From NCBI GenBank assembly GCA_012295275.1, contig CM022673.1, positions 28,954,001-29,018,000 of the forward strand: a DNA stretch of 64,000 nucleotides, in the 5' to 3' direction. The notes beneath the pieces are model-generated. The model did not search any database, had not been told where the DNA came from, and saw nothing but the letters and a program-made list of their open reading frames with translations. This document shows, one piece after another, positions 13,142 to 28,532 of this stretch (its first letter is position 1; each line of letters begins with the position of its first letter). The translations under genes and the position numbers were made by a program. This DNA comes from Chrysomallon squamiferum (Eukaryota > Animalia > Mollusca).

Positions 13142-15289
13142 ACCTACGGTTTTATAGAATTATATTTAGAGCATTTGTTTGTGTACAAAAGATACAGGTT
13201 ACTTCAAATGTCCATTACTTGCTTGTTATTTCATTAATAATGTCGTATGTTCGGCAAAAAGTATTTTACAACTTCATTAACTGCTTTAGTGTTTATTCCT
13301 CTGCTGTTATATAATAACTATTTTATTTCAACTAGGCTAATTAGTATATTCATAGATCATTCCTTTCTATATTTCATACAAATGTGAATAGAGAATTACA
13401 TAACACATCCAAGTGAATATCGATGTAGTTCATTTATAATCCGTGATTTGACAGTAGTATTTTACATATATACAGACGTACAGACATACGTAGACTGAAA
13501 CATATTAATAATATATATATATATATATATATACATTTATATCGGCAAACACATATACTATGGAAGAATTAACAATACATAGATACATTCATATATAAAT
13601 ATATAGACATACACATAGATATATCAATGCTTATACGTACATATGCATGAAAATAAACATATATAACTGATACAATACAGTTTAATTAATAGTGTTAACT
13701 TAATTATAGAAGAATTATCACTAATTTTATTTCATTCATTTCTTTGAATTAAATAAAATGAATAATAATTTAAAAACCCACTAATGTAATATTTCAATTC
13801 AAATCTACATCGACAAAATGTACTAACGCCATTCCGTTTAACATCTTGTTTTTATTTTTTTTTGTTTAATGTGAAATAAATTTATTTTTAGATCTGTTAC
13901 ATTTATTTACTCACTTTGTCTAGAATTAAGTTTCCAAGTTTTTCTGCTGATGAATTGTGTTCTGTTTTATTAAATTAAAATATATTTGTACATTCCATAC
14001 GAGCGCTGTAATAAGCTGTTTTAATGAAATAAATAATAAAAAACAAACCATGTATTTCATTATTTATTTTTCTTGTTCGGTTTTTCATATGAAGAAATAA
14101 TAAATCGGATAGAGAGGTCTGTTGTATAAATGGATAGATAGAAACAGAGACAGCTAGATAGACAGACAAATATAGGTACATAGACAGATAGAGAAATAGC
14201 TAGTATGTAGAGAGATAGAGATAGAGAGAGAGAGAGTAGGTAGGTAGATAGAGAGAAAGATAGATAGGTAAGTAGATAGACAGGTAGATGGATGAACGGG
14301 TACATGTACGTAGTTATATAAGGTGATAAATATTTTCACTTATTTCAAATTCTCTGTCTATCTGTGAGTGGAGACTGGTATGTCTTAAAATCTGCTTCGT
14401 CGAAATGAGGATCTGTCAAGAAAAAAAATAATTCAAAATATATAAAAAATTAAAAGAATAATAATTTAAAATTAAAAAGTGTACATGACTATTATAGATA
14501 GAAGACGCACAGATACAAATTACAAAAACAGTAATAATCTTTGATTTCCTATGCGATTAGTGAACTACGTCATGAAAGAAAGTAGATATCAACCTCCTCA
14601 TAGGTTTTTTTTTTATTTATTTGTTAGACTTTATTATTAGCAAACATTAGGTACACGTAATAATAAAAAAAAACAGCTTGGAAGTATACAAAATAACTTT
14701 TACTCAGTCTTATGAATATACTGCTTGAATATATTTTTCTGAAATCTATCCGATATTTCTATTCTGTTACTTCATTTTCTCGTTTTCTTTAAACATTAAC
14801 TTACTGTAATGAAATAAAAAAACAATATATGAAAATTCCTTGAGTGGAGTCAATTTGGGAATCTATTAATTCTTAATGTTATGAGATAAAACCCAGGAAG
14901 TTTCCATGTCCGACAAATAGGGCACCGATATTAAAATGCTCGGGGAAAAAGAAACCTTAGGGTTGGCCCTGCTAATAGCTAAAACTCCAAACAACAATCT
15001 AGCCTACATATCTAGCCCACAGAGTTCAGCTGTGTAGAGAAAGGCGATGGAACAATGAAAAAGAAAACATAAAAGAAATATATCTGATAATTGGATATTG
15101 GACAAAAGTTAGACTAATAATTAGCTTGCCAGTGCTGTTCACCATTATCTAATTAAACATACTACATCAGAAGATGCCGTCTCAGAGAATATAATTTAAT
15201 TCTGTAGCATTGAACGTGTGAGGTTTGGAGGTGTGAAACTTAGTGATGGTAGAAGAATTAAATCCACAGAGATACTAATATACGCGTAT

Positions 15290-15439
<150 letters not shown>

Positions 15440-15575
15440 AAGCTCCCCAGTTCACACATCAACAGCACGATCGCACGAGGTAACAGATGCTAGTAAACGT
15501 ATAAGAAAATAAAGAAAATAAAAAGTAGTGGATATACAGATTGAGAGACAGAGTGAGAGAAAAATACCATACAAT

Positions 15576-15629
<54 letters not shown>

Positions 15630-16094
15630 AAATTCTAATCCAACCTAATTCAAATATTCCTAACAACATAAATGTATTTTTACATCATGATATTAAAACT
15701 GCGCGTTCATCAAACTGCGATAACGCGAAAATGGCCAAAGATAATACGACATTTACCCAGATTAACGAAACCAGAGTCTTTCAACCGCTGTATTCTGACG
15801 AGTTCGCCGCTAACTCCGGTAACAAAGAGGAGGAAGTGATGATTAACTAAAATGTTCAAAGGACGTAACGCATTAAAATACTGCTCAGCTTTTTGATGTC
15901 CTCGTGTCAGCTGGCTACAAAAAGAATGATAAGTAACATTCATCTCGTGTTCGCACTTTCAAAAACTTGATCTTGTGTGCGGTGCGTGTGCATATGAGTA
16001 AATGAAAATATCAGAGAAAAATGTAAAATTTCACATGAAAAGGTTTCTTAGAGGTGTGTATTAAAACAGTTATAATTAACAAACGTGGGATAAA

Positions 16095-16198
16095 TAATTT
16101 AAATTCCAGCAGCAACAGAGGCTTCATCTGACGTATAAGTAACAAAAATAAACATAAAACCATCACCACCACCAACGACGACGACGACGACGACGACG

Positions 16199-16236
<38 letters not shown>

Positions 16237-16515
16237 AATAATAATAATAATAATAATAATAATCAAAAAACTAAATCGCGATTAGCAATAAGATATGTTT
16301 TATATCCGCCTTCCCATAGGCTGCTGATTTTAATAAAACAGTGGTGGGATGTGGCTGGATTCAAACTGGATATTTTTCAATACCAAAAGCTGATAATACA
16401 TTCCTCCTCATAAATTTTTCCCATCCCTAAATTATTTAAATTCTAGCGACAGCAATGGTATCATCAGACGTCTAAACAACAAAAACAAAAATAAAACCAC
16501 CACCACCACCACACG

Positions 16516-16520
<5 letters not shown>
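16095..16520. repeat. Local composite repeat: block A, then (ACC)(AAC)(AAT)n, block B and block A again
   Basis: Block A (AAATTCCAG..CAGAGGCTTCATC..AACAAAAATAAA..ACCACC) occurs at about 16095, 16435 and 18388. Block B (CGATTAGCAATAA..ATATCCGCCTTCCCATAGG..AATACATTCCTCCTCATA) occurs at 16279-16418 and 22909-23078. Confidence 0.75.
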
Positions 16521-16551
<31 letters not shown>

Positions 16552-16945
16552 AATAACAATAATAATAATAACAGTAATAATAATAACAATAATAATAATA
16601 ACGGTAATAATAATAATAAAAAGATGATGATAATAATAATAAGGGAAAAGGAGAGGATTGTGATGGAAAACAAGAATCACTTTCTGACTGAAATTTCGTT
16701 GCCGTTGGTGACTGGCTGCTTGTTTTTCACTAGTAACTAAATAAGAAGACGTGAAATGTTAAAGAATTTCGAAAACTCATTAAAAGTTTTTTTTGTTGAG
16801 AAGTGTAGTTGAATATAAATTATATTTTTTTTGTTTATTCCCCGAAGGAACGGTCGACAGAGGTTTCGAAAATACAGATTTAAAAAACAAAATTCAAAAC
16901 AATTATCTTGAATCTTTATATTGACGTCAATGAAACAAAAAATAA

Positions 16946-16988
<43 letters not shown>

Positions 16989-17619
16989 ATATTGTCTATT
17001 TTGGTCAAAAAGATATTTTTAAAATCTTTATTATGATACATAAAATGGCGCTCCCCTTCTTAATGAGTTTTTTTTTGTTTTTTTTCGCTTCTGCCAAACT
17101 GTTAGCCGTTAAGTCGTAAAATGTTCTTCAATTTCTTCCCCCATAAAAAAATATTTTAGTGTTTTTTTGTTTGTTTTTTAATATATATAATAACAGCATT
17201 TCAAATGATGAATCCTTGCATCTGACATAATAAATATATGGTACTATATTTTCTATTATGCCAAATAATGAAAGATTAGAATTCTTTGTCATTTCGCATT
17301 CAAAACAGACTAGGAAAATGTCAGTGCAGAAACACTAGCTATTACAACGAAATTTAATCATAGTGACAAATTGGCTTAAAATGTATTAGATAAAAACATC
17401 AAAGAAAAGCTCGTTGAGTAAATTACATTTGTCAAAAGAAACGAAATTTTAAACTGGTGTTTGTATCAGTCTGGTATTTCATTTGCCTTTCTATCTAGAA
17501 TGAAAAATAAACACTGATAAATAAAATAAACGAAACTAACAAGACGACAGAAAACTAAAATACAAATTGTGCATAGCTTTGACTTCAAACAACAGTAACT
17601 AAAGCATCCTGTTATTCAG

Positions 17620-17705
<86 letters not shown>

Positions 17706-18421
17706 CTGTAACAAAAATTATCGTACCATGATTTTGATTCGAGCTCTGGAAAACCCCAAGGAGACATTATGACATATATTCGCAAAGAGAAAGAAATAAC
17801 CAAAAACCAATGTTTTAAAAAAGGACAGGCACGCGAACCGTAACTAAACTTAATCATTAACCGAACAAGACAATATCAACAACAACAAAAAAAAGCAGTA
17901 AAAAGTCTAAAAGAGTCGACAGAAGCTAACAACTCCATTATCGTTCACGTCTGCTTTGATTCTCTCATTTTTCTTTGATGGTTTTACTCGCTGTCTGGCG
18001 CGACTGTTGAAGAAACAGTCGAGAAAACTCTGAAGGGATCTCAGCGTAAATTGATAATACCAGCTAATACTTCCAATTCACTGTCATCTTAGCAAATGAC
18101 AGCAAAACCCATGAAAGGAGTTCAGAAAGTTAAGTCCCGAATCTTTCGAGTAGCGGCTCATAACCATTTCAAAATATAATTATCAAATTATTATTTTTTC
18201 TTCTTTGTATCGTCAACAGCTGTCTGTTTCAGACGCTGTTATTTGTTACTTTAAATTCAATGTAACAAGTTTAGGGATTGTTTTTTTATTTGTTTTTTTC
18301 TCTCGGTTTATTACTTGTTATCTAATCACACCGCGATTCTTTAATGAACATCAGATTTCTTCAGTCACCCACGTTTTGTTGTTTAAATTTAAATTCCAGT
18401 GACAGCAGAGGCTTCATCAAC

Positions 18422-18453
<32 letters not shown>

Positions 18454-18474
18454 CTCACCTACAACAACAACCAC

Positions 18475-18522
<48 letters not shown>

Positions 18523-19296
18523 CAGTCCTAAAACAAAAATAAAACCACCACCAACAACAACAACAACAACAACAATAATAATAATAACCAGTCCTAAAAC
18601 AAAAATAAAACCAACAGCAGTAGCAACAACAACAACAGCAACAACAACAACTACAACAACTAACCAGTTCTGGACAACAGGTATAAAGTATTGGATACGA
18701 CGCAGAATCTGGGAACAATCTAAACAAACAAGAGCTCCGGGCATCAGCGTTTGAAGAAAACTTGTTCAAATTACTTAGCTGTATTTGCTTTAAAACACAC
18801 CAAACAGACATATTCCGTTTCCACTGCTTTGGGCCTCGCCATATCAAAATCACACCAAAACCTGCAAATATAGCCTTGTTTGAATAATCTCTAATGAACT
18901 GGTGTTTTCTTGAATACTTGATACTATTGTCAATAAGGTATTTTCAACAAAAACTGGTTGCGTGATATTCCTACTAATAGTATCAGTTTAGGTTATTCTT
19001 TTGTTGTTGCTATTTTTTTTTTTTTTTTTTTTAACGAGGGTTGGGCTAGAGGGTGGTTACAGGTGTGCCAGTGGAAAAAAGCGACCTGTTTTAAAATTAA
19101 TGTAAGTAAACACGTCCGATCCTTTACGGACAAACGGTACAGAAGAAGATAAAAAAATAATAAATTATATAATGATCATGTTTAGTACACTGCTGAACAG
19201 AACAAAATATCTAACGCGTTACTGTCGTTGTTACTGCAGCTAAGTTACACGAAACATTAATCTGTAGGTTTTTTATCTTTTTTTTTTTTTTTTTTA

Positions 19297-19341
<45 letters not shown>

Positions 19342-19539
19342 TTTAATTTATTATTATTATTTTTTTTTTTTTTTTTTTTTTTTATTTTTTTTTCTGATTA
19401 ATAATAGTATATTATAGAATTTTTTTTTTTTTTTGATCACAAAATCAAATACTGAATGCCCTATATAATACTTTAAGACATCGTAATGCTTCGAAAAAAA
19501 AATAATGAATGAATTCGATCAAGGAAATAAATTCCCAAA

Positions 19540-20069
19540 GCAAAGGAAATAGAAACTGAAAAAAAAAAAAAAATGTATGAAAGGAAGAAATAAAAGAACA
19601 AAAGAAAAGATAAGAAGGAAAAAAAAAAAATAACAAATAAAAACTAAGAATGAGAAAGAAGAAAGAAAATATTAAGAAAGAACGAACAGAAAAAGTAAAC
19701 AGAATTCAAGGAAAGAAAGAAGAAAAATAGAGAAAGTAAAAAATGAAAAAGGAGATTGATGGATTATAGAAAGACATTTAAAAAGTTGGAGGAAAGAAGG
19801 GAAAAAAAAGGAGAAAAGTAAAATATTAAAGAAAAGAAAGAAAGAGAAAAAGAAAAGAACAGTTCGAGAAAAAAGACAAACGATGGAAGAGAGAAAGAAA
19901 AAGAAAATAAAACGAAAGAAAGAAAATAAAGGGAAAGAAAGGAAAGAAAAGTTAAGAGAAGCAGAATAATAATAATAAAAAAAAGACGAAAAAAAAAAAA
20001 AAAAATATATATATATTGAAAAAAGAGGAAAAAAGACAAAAAAAAGACAACAACAACAAAAAACATTAA

Positions 20070-20105
<36 letters not shown>

Positions 20106-20245
20106 AAAACGAAGAAGAAGAAAAAGGAAATCACACCGTTTCTAAAGAAAAACTCCCCCACAAAAAAAAAAAAAAAAGGAACTAAGAAAACAGAAAAGAA
20201 AACAGAGAAGAGAAAAAAAGGAAAGATAAACAAATAAATAAAAAG
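19540..20245. repeat. Purine-rich (A/G) low-complexity tract
   Basis: About 700 bp dominated by A and G on the + strand. It produces spurious Phe/Leu/Ser ORFs on the - strand. Confidence 0.85.
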
Positions 20246-20970
20246 TACAAAATGATGAGCTTATCAAATAAACGATGGTCAATACGCGAAGCATTAGAGA
20301 AAATCTAAGAGAAGCGATAGACGAGAATTTGATCACACAGTAATTTATCAGAGCTGATGTGGCCTGATATTTTCAGATCATTCTATGATCTAAGCCGGGA
20401 AGAAAAGACGAGAAATCAGAGGAACAAAGACGACTCTCTTTCGCCAGGGTTTTAGAGGCAATTTTAAACTGCTTTAGTAACTCAAAGAGAAAAATCTTTT
20501 GCGAGTTATTTCTGCATCGATGAGCTCAGTGGTGAAATAGATAAAATAAAGGAACTGATCTGGTGTCCCATACTGAGACAGTGATTCTGAGGTTTGGTAT
20601 ATTTTCTGCATAATAATAAACCTTTGATTTTCCCAACAAAATCCCCTAATTTAACGAAAATAATCCATTTTGATTTTATTTGCCATAAAATTGCATTATC
20701 ATCATCATCATCATGGTCGTCATCAGCATCATCGGATTGTCCACATTATAAGAATCTGAAGAATTTATTATTTGATTATGATAATGATATACTATATTAT
20801 TTAAAATACATATTCTGTTTGTGTTGGATTAAATATTTTAAACTGATAGAGAGAAAAATAAATAAATAAATAATAAGAGAAAAAAGGAAGATGGAGAAAC
20901 CAGTCTTTCTGTTTGTGTGGACATTTTAAATTGATACAAAAATTAAATAAATAAATAATAATAAAAAAAG

Positions 20971-21005
<35 letters not shown>

Positions 21006-21033
21006 TGTCTGTGTGATTTATGTGTGTGATTCT

Positions 21034-21858
21034 GGTTTATTCCCGAATCTGGCAGTGAGATTATAACACATCTTAATTGGACACACCAGTTGTTCCATTT
21101 CTGGCAGTTTATTTCTCACCCTTACTAATTTGTGTTCCGTCACCGTAACTGATGTACTTTTGTTAAACTGTCCACAATTTGTAGGACAATCATTCCCACT
21201 TTACAACAACTTCTTCCTCTCCTCTTCGTATATCTTTTGGATACTGGTCAGCTCCTCCCGTGCTCGCTTCCGCATGGTGTTGGTCAGTAGGTGGACAGCA
21301 ACTTCGCTCTCATCCGAGGAATGGATGTGGTCTTTACCTCTCCTGACCACAGTCCCATCAGGGAAAGGCACCTCAAATACGCACATCTCCATAGTACCGT
21401 ACCATTCTTGTTATTAATCCACCGTGCATACTTATATCCATCAAGTATGAGGCCCGTACCTGGTTTTCTGCCGTCCAAAATTTCTCCCTTCGCAGCCATG
21501 ATCAAACATAACAAACATCATAACTGTACAGTATTTATATAGGTAGTATTTCCTGTCTCCAAATTTTTATACATCTCTTAACTGATTTTGTTAACCCCAC
21601 ATGTCTAAATTGATTAAACATTACTGAGATGCATGTCTTAATTTCATGTCTCCAAACATTAATTTTCTTGCAGTATCTATTCCGACTCATCTCTGCTCTT
21701 CACTGCTCATTAAAGTTAATCTCCTTAATCGCCCCCTCTGTTCTTTATAAACTCTAAATTGGCCTTAATTGCTCACGCCAGTTTTCCCATTTCTGGAAGC
21801 GGATTATAACACCTCAGCGATTACCTAATCTGGAGACTGCCAGTTTTGGGAACATACC
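21034..21858 (-). mobile_element. Internally deleted FLYWCH-containing Mutator-like DNA transposon
   Basis: Imperfect 23-bp TIRs: GGTTTATTCCCGAATCTGGCAGT versus the reverse complement of the right end, GGTATGTTCCCAAAACTGGCAGT (19/23). Subterminal motifs repeat (GATTATAACAC, CCATTTCTGG). It encloses a FLYWCH coding remnant. No TSD was seen. Confidence 0.7.
21201..21499 (-). pseudogene. Frameshifted FLYWCH zinc-finger fragment (transposase N-terminus)
   Basis: MAAKGEILDGRKPGTGLILDGYKYARWINNKNGTVLWRCAYLRC, then a frameshift to ...DGTVVRRGKDHIHSSDESEVAVHLLTNTMRKRAREELTSIQKIYEEERKKLL*. The LxxxGYxY...WRC...C...HxH pattern is that of FLYWCH. Confidence 0.78.
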
Positions 21859-21859
21859 A

Positions 21860-21982
<123 letters not shown>

Positions 21983-22828
21983 CGGTGTCTTTTTTCGTAC
22001 GTCTAGTGGTACATTTTAACGACTTTATAACAAGCATATCGACATATTACAGTTGTGGTTTTTTACTTTTATTTTACTGTTTTTATTTTTTGTTTTTATT
22101 TTTTTTTCTGTTCGTTTCTCTTCACTTTAATACTTGAAATTTATGCTCGCTTTGGGAATCGTTTTAGTGTCAGAATCAAAAATATGATTTCTTTCATGTA
22201 ATCAGTGCAGAGATCAGAGAGTGTGTAGCTCTGAATTCACAGCTAACCGAGTGAAATGAAAAATATTTTTTTTTTTTTTTTTTTTAAAAAGGAAAGAAAA
22301 GAAAGAAAATTTCATCGATACCATGGACTGAACTGCTTCCTACTCAGTCTCCTCAACCTTCGAATCATCTACAAACGTGAAGCTCCAATTAACCGTCAAG
22401 AGGACTGCCACAAATTCTCCAACTGCTAACCGATGTTCATCAGCCCGATATCGATTAGATCGAACTTCCAATACGTTGTCTCATATCATCGTTTCTCCCT
22501 CTCAGGATTTTTTTTTTTTTTTTTATTTTCATTTTTTTTAAAGAAAATTATTTTACTTTATAGCGGAATTGCGGAATTGGGATTTAGCTTAAAGATATCG
22601 CCAAGATTACTCCGGGTGTATCGGGTTATGTAAAATCATCTATTAACGTTTGTTTTACCTTTGGGATATATTTTTTTGTTTGTGCCCTTTGTAGTCACAA
22701 AGAAGATAGACGTAATTGTCCTTATTTTAAATAGGAATCACAAATTATTTCATCCGGGCATTTTGAGATAAAATATCAGATAATGAATCTCAGTTGTAGA
22801 TTTATACCACTGCTACTACTACTAAAAT

Positions 22829-22829
<1 letters not shown>

Positions 22830-22867
<38 letters not shown>

Positions 22868-23078
22868 AATAATAATAATAATAATAAAAATTCTAAGAAC
22901 TTATGTATCGATTAGCAATAACATATCTTTAATATCCGCCTTCCCATAGGTTGCGGACTTTAATAAAACAGTATTGTGAAGTGGCGTGTACGTTTAGTGA
23001 AGATTACTGAAGTCAGACAGGATATTTTTCAGCTGGATACACCTGTACTCTGACAATACATTCCTCCTCATACATTTT
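22830..23078. repeat. Second copy of (AAC)n(AAT)n plus block B
   Basis: Colinear with 16200-16418. Confidence 0.75.
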
Positions 23079-23176
23079 ATTTATGCAGGCCCCTCTTCCA
23101 CAAAATCATTATTACTGTGGAAAACAATGTTTTTAAAATTTTTTTTTATTAAAACTGTTTATTTTTATTATTATTG

Positions 23177-23231
<55 letters not shown>

Positions 23232-23545
23232 TTAATTCATTTATGTTTTGTGTGCGTGTGAACACTGTGTTATACTTAATAACAAAATCTTTTTTTACTC
23301 ACACAAACAAGACCCGCATTATTAAAACGAATTTTTCTTCTTCTTCTTCTGTTTTTTTTCTGGGTTTTTTTCTGTTTTTTCTTTACTAACGGCATTCTTT
23401 TTTCCTCCATACAATATCTGCAGATAATTAGTAACCAGGCTGCCTACAGTTTTAATCAGTCGTTCTACTTTATCACAGTCTTACAAAGCACTCCGTCGTC
23501 TTATCGAAATTAATTCATTTTTTATCACAAATCCAACCGTTTAGC

Positions 23546-23588
<43 letters not shown>

Positions 23589-23775
23589 GTTATTGTTGTT
23601 TTGTTGTTGTTGCTGTTGTTGTTATTGAAATTTTTATTCTGCTGCTGCTGTCACTACTACTACTACTACTGCTGCTTCTGCTGATGCTGTTGCAGCTGCT
23701 ACTACTGCTACTACTACTACTGCTATTATTATTATCTATTAAATTGACCTTAAATAAAATACTGTACTGCTAATC

Positions 23776-23857
<82 letters not shown>

Positions 23858-24799
23858 GGAAACGACTTCACGATAAAAAAGAAACAGATATTAGCCTTCA
23901 CGTACTTACATTTTACATTTTTGTTAACAAAAGTTAATTCATTAAGTGATTTTGTCTTTTCCGCTAAAGAGACACTTTAAAGAAAACAGTTATGGAGGTG
24001 AAAAATAGAAAAAAGAAAAAGCAGATGAAAAAATGTCATTTCCCTCTCTCGTTCATTAGCTATCTGTTTTTACTTTAACTTCTATGTCGAAATTACACAA
24101 TCAATTTGAGATTTTTTTCTTTTTTCTTTTCCTTTTTTTTTTTTTTTTTTCGTAACTAGAAAAACAATGTGTGGAAAAAAATTGATTTCTTTTATGTTTG
24201 TGACCGCCAAAGGGTTTTTTTTCTTTTATTAAGAAATGTTCATTACAGTGAGGATAAGAACAAAAAAAATAAAAATAAAATGAAATAAAAATAATAATAA
24301 AATAAATAAATAAATAAAAATAATAATAAATAAATAAAAAGTAGCAGTCTTTCAAATTTATGCGCACAATACATGTACGTATAAATATACACGTATAGCA
24401 ATGCGGATACATCAAACACACACATACACATGCACACACACATACATACATACATACAAACATACATACAAAGATAAACATACATACACACTCATACACA
24501 AACACATAAACACAGATATATGTTTGCAAACAAGCACATGGGATGCCCAAAGATATGCATACATACAGACCTAGAAAAAAGGGAAAGGAAAAAGATAAAG
24601 ATAAAAAACGTAGACCTTTATATTCACATATAATTGCCCACGCAGAAAACAAAAATAATTCATGTAACAGTGTATATATGATGCACCCATTGACTTATGC
24701 AGTAACCCATAAATACATCCACGTACGTTTTTGATCATACTAAACCAACTGCCAACTATTTTATAATGATAATAATAATAATGATAATAATAATAATAA

Positions 24800-24830
<31 letters not shown>

Positions 24831-25389
24831 AAGAATTTTCAAACCTTCTACACATTATTTTACATCTATATCGATAACAATGAAATACAACTAAGCCCAG
24901 TTTCAGCTCGAACACAAACGGAATGGAGTGTCACTTGAAACGTTTTTGAAGCATCGCGTTTTCATAAAAAAAAAAGAGAAATTCAGCTAATTGTACATCT
25001 TGAAGAAATGAAATCAGAAAATCATTGGCTCGTCTCTGAATGTGATCTTACATTATTAACTGCGAAATTTCTTTCCTTCTTTTGATTTAATTTCACGATT
25101 TTTTCTAACTAAACGCTAGATTTGTTGAAAGAGAGAGAGTACGAGTTCCTGATATTTTTAAATAATTGACAGGTGCATGCATAAATATATATATATATAT
25201 TTTTTCTAATTTAAATTCAGCTAGTTAATCTTTACATGTTCAAAAGAGCTTTGAAAAATTATTACATCAAATCTAGTGATGTCATTTGGCCATGCTGTGG
25301 TGAAGCAATATTAAACTGAAACAAACAACAACATAAAATAACAACAAGGTAATAGTGTTTGAATAAAAAGTTTAATGCATGTTATCCAA

Positions 25390-25395
25390 TTTATT
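25390..25395 (-). terminator. Candidate distal poly(A) signal of PRAS40 (would give a ~4.7-kb 3' UTR)
   Basis: Minus-strand AATAAA followed by a GT-rich element (tgttgtgtttgttt), close to where visible CpG depletion ends. Many other AATAAA sites exist. Confidence 0.25.
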
Positions 25396-25463
25396 ACATA
25401 ATTAAACCTGCACATGGAAAGTGTATTTAATAATAATAATAAATAAATAAGTAAATAAATAAG

Positions 25464-25494
<31 letters not shown>

Positions 25495-26137
25495 AAATAA
25501 AAAGTTTAGAATTTAAGACTGCCTGCAAAAGAATAAAATAAAAAATAAGATGAAAACAACAATCTCAAGAAATTTCCCAAATTAGTAATTAGCCTGAAGA
25601 GTTGACAGTAACGAGATCAAATCTCTTCAGGCAATTTGCATTTTCTTGATGATTTAGTAACAAGAAGATAAAAAAAATAATAATAATAATAATAAAATAA
25701 TAAAAATAAAATGAAAGTAAAAATAATTAAGAAATAAAAATAAACTACCATAATAAGAAAAATCGAGAACTGGCTCTTTTTTTTGTTTTTAAAATAAAAA
25801 GTTTATAAGTACAGATTCACCTAAAGAAGAAATAAGATAAAAAATACAAAAACAAAGAACAACCCAAATATGTGAACTTAATTATAACACACAAACCACT
25901 TCATTAAAAGAAAACAAAGAAGTTTTTTTTTAAAAATGAGTAACACCAGAATCTTGAACAAAATTAAGTTACCAATGACAAAATAACAAAAACAGTACAC
26001 AACATTTCAATATCTGAACATGAACACAGTTAAAAATCTTCTCCAATTTATACAGTAAACCTCACATAAATCAAAATAGTCTTGTTTAAACTGTGTCTTC
26101 ATTTGACATATCTGACAGTGTCAAAATCTATGATCAG

Positions 26138-26409
26138 TTTATTCTGAATTCAAAAGGAATGATGACAAGTAATATTAAGATTTTCTTAAACAAATCTATA
26201 ATGACAAAGCATACATCAATATGCATTGTACAGTCATATCAGAGTCTATTCAGCTGATGATGTTTACAAATGGTTTATACCGAATTCAGAAAGGAATGAC
26301 GACAAGTAATATTATGATTTTTCTTATACAAATCTGTAAAGACAATGCATACATCAACATGTATTGTAAAGTCATATCAGACCCTCTTCAGCTGATGATG
26401 TTTACAAAT
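26138..26409. repeat. Diverged tandem duplication, 2 x ~135 bp
   Basis: GAATTCA..AAGGAATGA.GACAAGTAATATTA.GATTTT...GTCATATCAGA...TTCAGCTGATGATGTTTACAAAT occurs twice. Confidence 0.85.
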
Positions 26410-27491
26410 TGTATTGTCTTTACATCAAATCCTATTCAGAAAATTTGTTTAGGTACGTAAAAGATACAAGGGTCTGGTATATGCGTATTTGATCAAGATA
26501 ACAAAGTTACCAAGTTCTTTAAGAAAACTACCACTGGAATAAAGCATCTAAACAAAACCCTAAAACCCAGATTAATAACAACTCACATTAAAGTATTGGA
26601 ATATATTTTTCATGGGATACAGACATTTATTGTCTAAGTATTTAAGACAGCTGCCTTTGGAATATATTACTTTATAATGCATTTAGTCTAACTAAGATTA
26701 CTGTATCCACTGGATTTAAGATCTTCTGCCTTTGGAATACATCAATCATCTCAAGTTAAGCCAGATTTTAAAATAATGTGATTTAAAATACTTGGTCCCA
26801 CAGACAAAGATCTGTGTGAGGTTTACTGCATTTTGAAACTTAAAATGTTTTTTTTTTTTTTTTTTTTTTTTTTAAAGTAAATAATTTATCTTTACTATTC
26901 ACTGTCAGTCTGTTAGTATTGTTAAAAATCTGCCCTGAACCAAAGTATATATACATCTGTTTAAAATAATTCTTTTTAAATTAAAGCTTTGACAGAAAAC
27001 ATAGTGTGATGAAAAATTAACATCAATGTCTGTTACAAATGAGATGTTGCAATATTAACTACAGGTTATGTAAGAAATGATACACACACAAATAAAATAA
27101 AATAAAATAAAATAAAATAAAATAAGAAAATAACTAAGTAAATAAAGGTTAAATAGAGACATTTAAAAAAACTTAGTAAACTGCTGTTTGTTAGTATTCA
27201 CAATAAAGTAAACACTTACTATTTTGTTAATAACTTTTGAATCACTATTCCATAGCTGAGACAATTTAATAAAAACATTAAATACTGAAATAACAATCTG
27301 AAAAAATTTAAACAGTTTTAAATAAAAGAGACTGAATTTACAAAGTATTTAATTTAATGTGTATTTTTAACTATTACTGAAATAAAAACTCAAAGAAAGG
27401 TTTCAACGTGTAAACATTACACTATTCTGAAAAGACTATTAAAAAGTTATCTGGAAGACATTGTTAACCTATTTCTTTCAACAACACAGAC

Positions 27492-27778
27492 CAGAGATCA
27501 GCAAACATCTTAGATCATTGACCTCCTCGCGGAATCCTCAATCTCACCGATTCTCAAGCACGTAAAATAAATTTTAAAAATATTATCAATAATAACGTTC
27601 TCTGTTTCTTCACCCCTTTTTCCTTCATTACTGATCTCAATAAGGTTAATTTGTTTTTGGTTATTTCTTCTCAGTTCCTATTTCTGTTGTACTCCCCCAT
27701 TTTGCCCCTAGCCATTTATTGATCTATTGCATAGTCCCACTGACCCCTGGAGGTCAATACTGACCTTGTTGACCCGTG
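27492..27778. mobile_element. Possible decayed hAT-type MITE downstream of the PRAS40 stop
   Basis: It starts CAGAGATCAGCAAAC (hAT-TIR-like) and ends ...GTTGACCCGTG, flanked by ACACAGAC and GTGTAGAC (a degenerate TSD-like pair). It is GC-richer than its surroundings. Confidence 0.3.
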
Positions 27779-28473
27779 GTGTAGACAAAGTTTATAGTCT
27801 GTACAAATAGACAAAGCTTTTCACTTGTGCTAAAAATCTGTTTCTAAACTGTTTGACTAGACAATCAGCTTAAAATCTAAAGTGACAAATTTCTTATTTT
27901 TATTACTGTATAATTTGTTTGGTTTCAAGGCAAAAAAAGAAAATTCTATTAACAGTGTAAATGAATAAATGTAAGTTCTTTATTTGCTTGTGTTTCTACA
28001 TGTCTGTGTCTCTATCTATCTGTATGTAGTGTGTACATGTACGTTATGTATGAATGATTCTGTGAATGTATTCATGTACATGTTTGTCTGTACTTAATAC
28101 TGAATATGCTTTAAATGGATGTGTACCTGTATTAAACAGACACATGTATTAATTAAATATATAATTCCCTTTTTTAAGTATTAGCACCAGTTTGTTTCAA
28201 TTAGCACAGTTTAGATTGTCTTAAGTTTTAGCATAATTGTGAGAACTTTTTGGCATATTTTGATTATCTGTGTCCTTTCTGCTGAAATACACAGGCCAAC
28301 AAAATAAAACACTTTTTAATAAAACGAACATAAACAGTGATTTTTAAACAAGTACAGCATTATTAAAAAAAAAAAAAAATTTAAAAATAAATCAAGAATC
28401 ACACCAAATAAAAATGTAACAACCCTTAATAGTGATGATTATGATAACAATGATGGCAATGATGTTTATAATC

Positions 28474-28532
<59 letters not shown>

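Noticed and set aside
15731-15850. 39-codon ORF in a good start context (MAKDNTTFTQ...)
   Set aside because: It is too short, with no motif or independent support.
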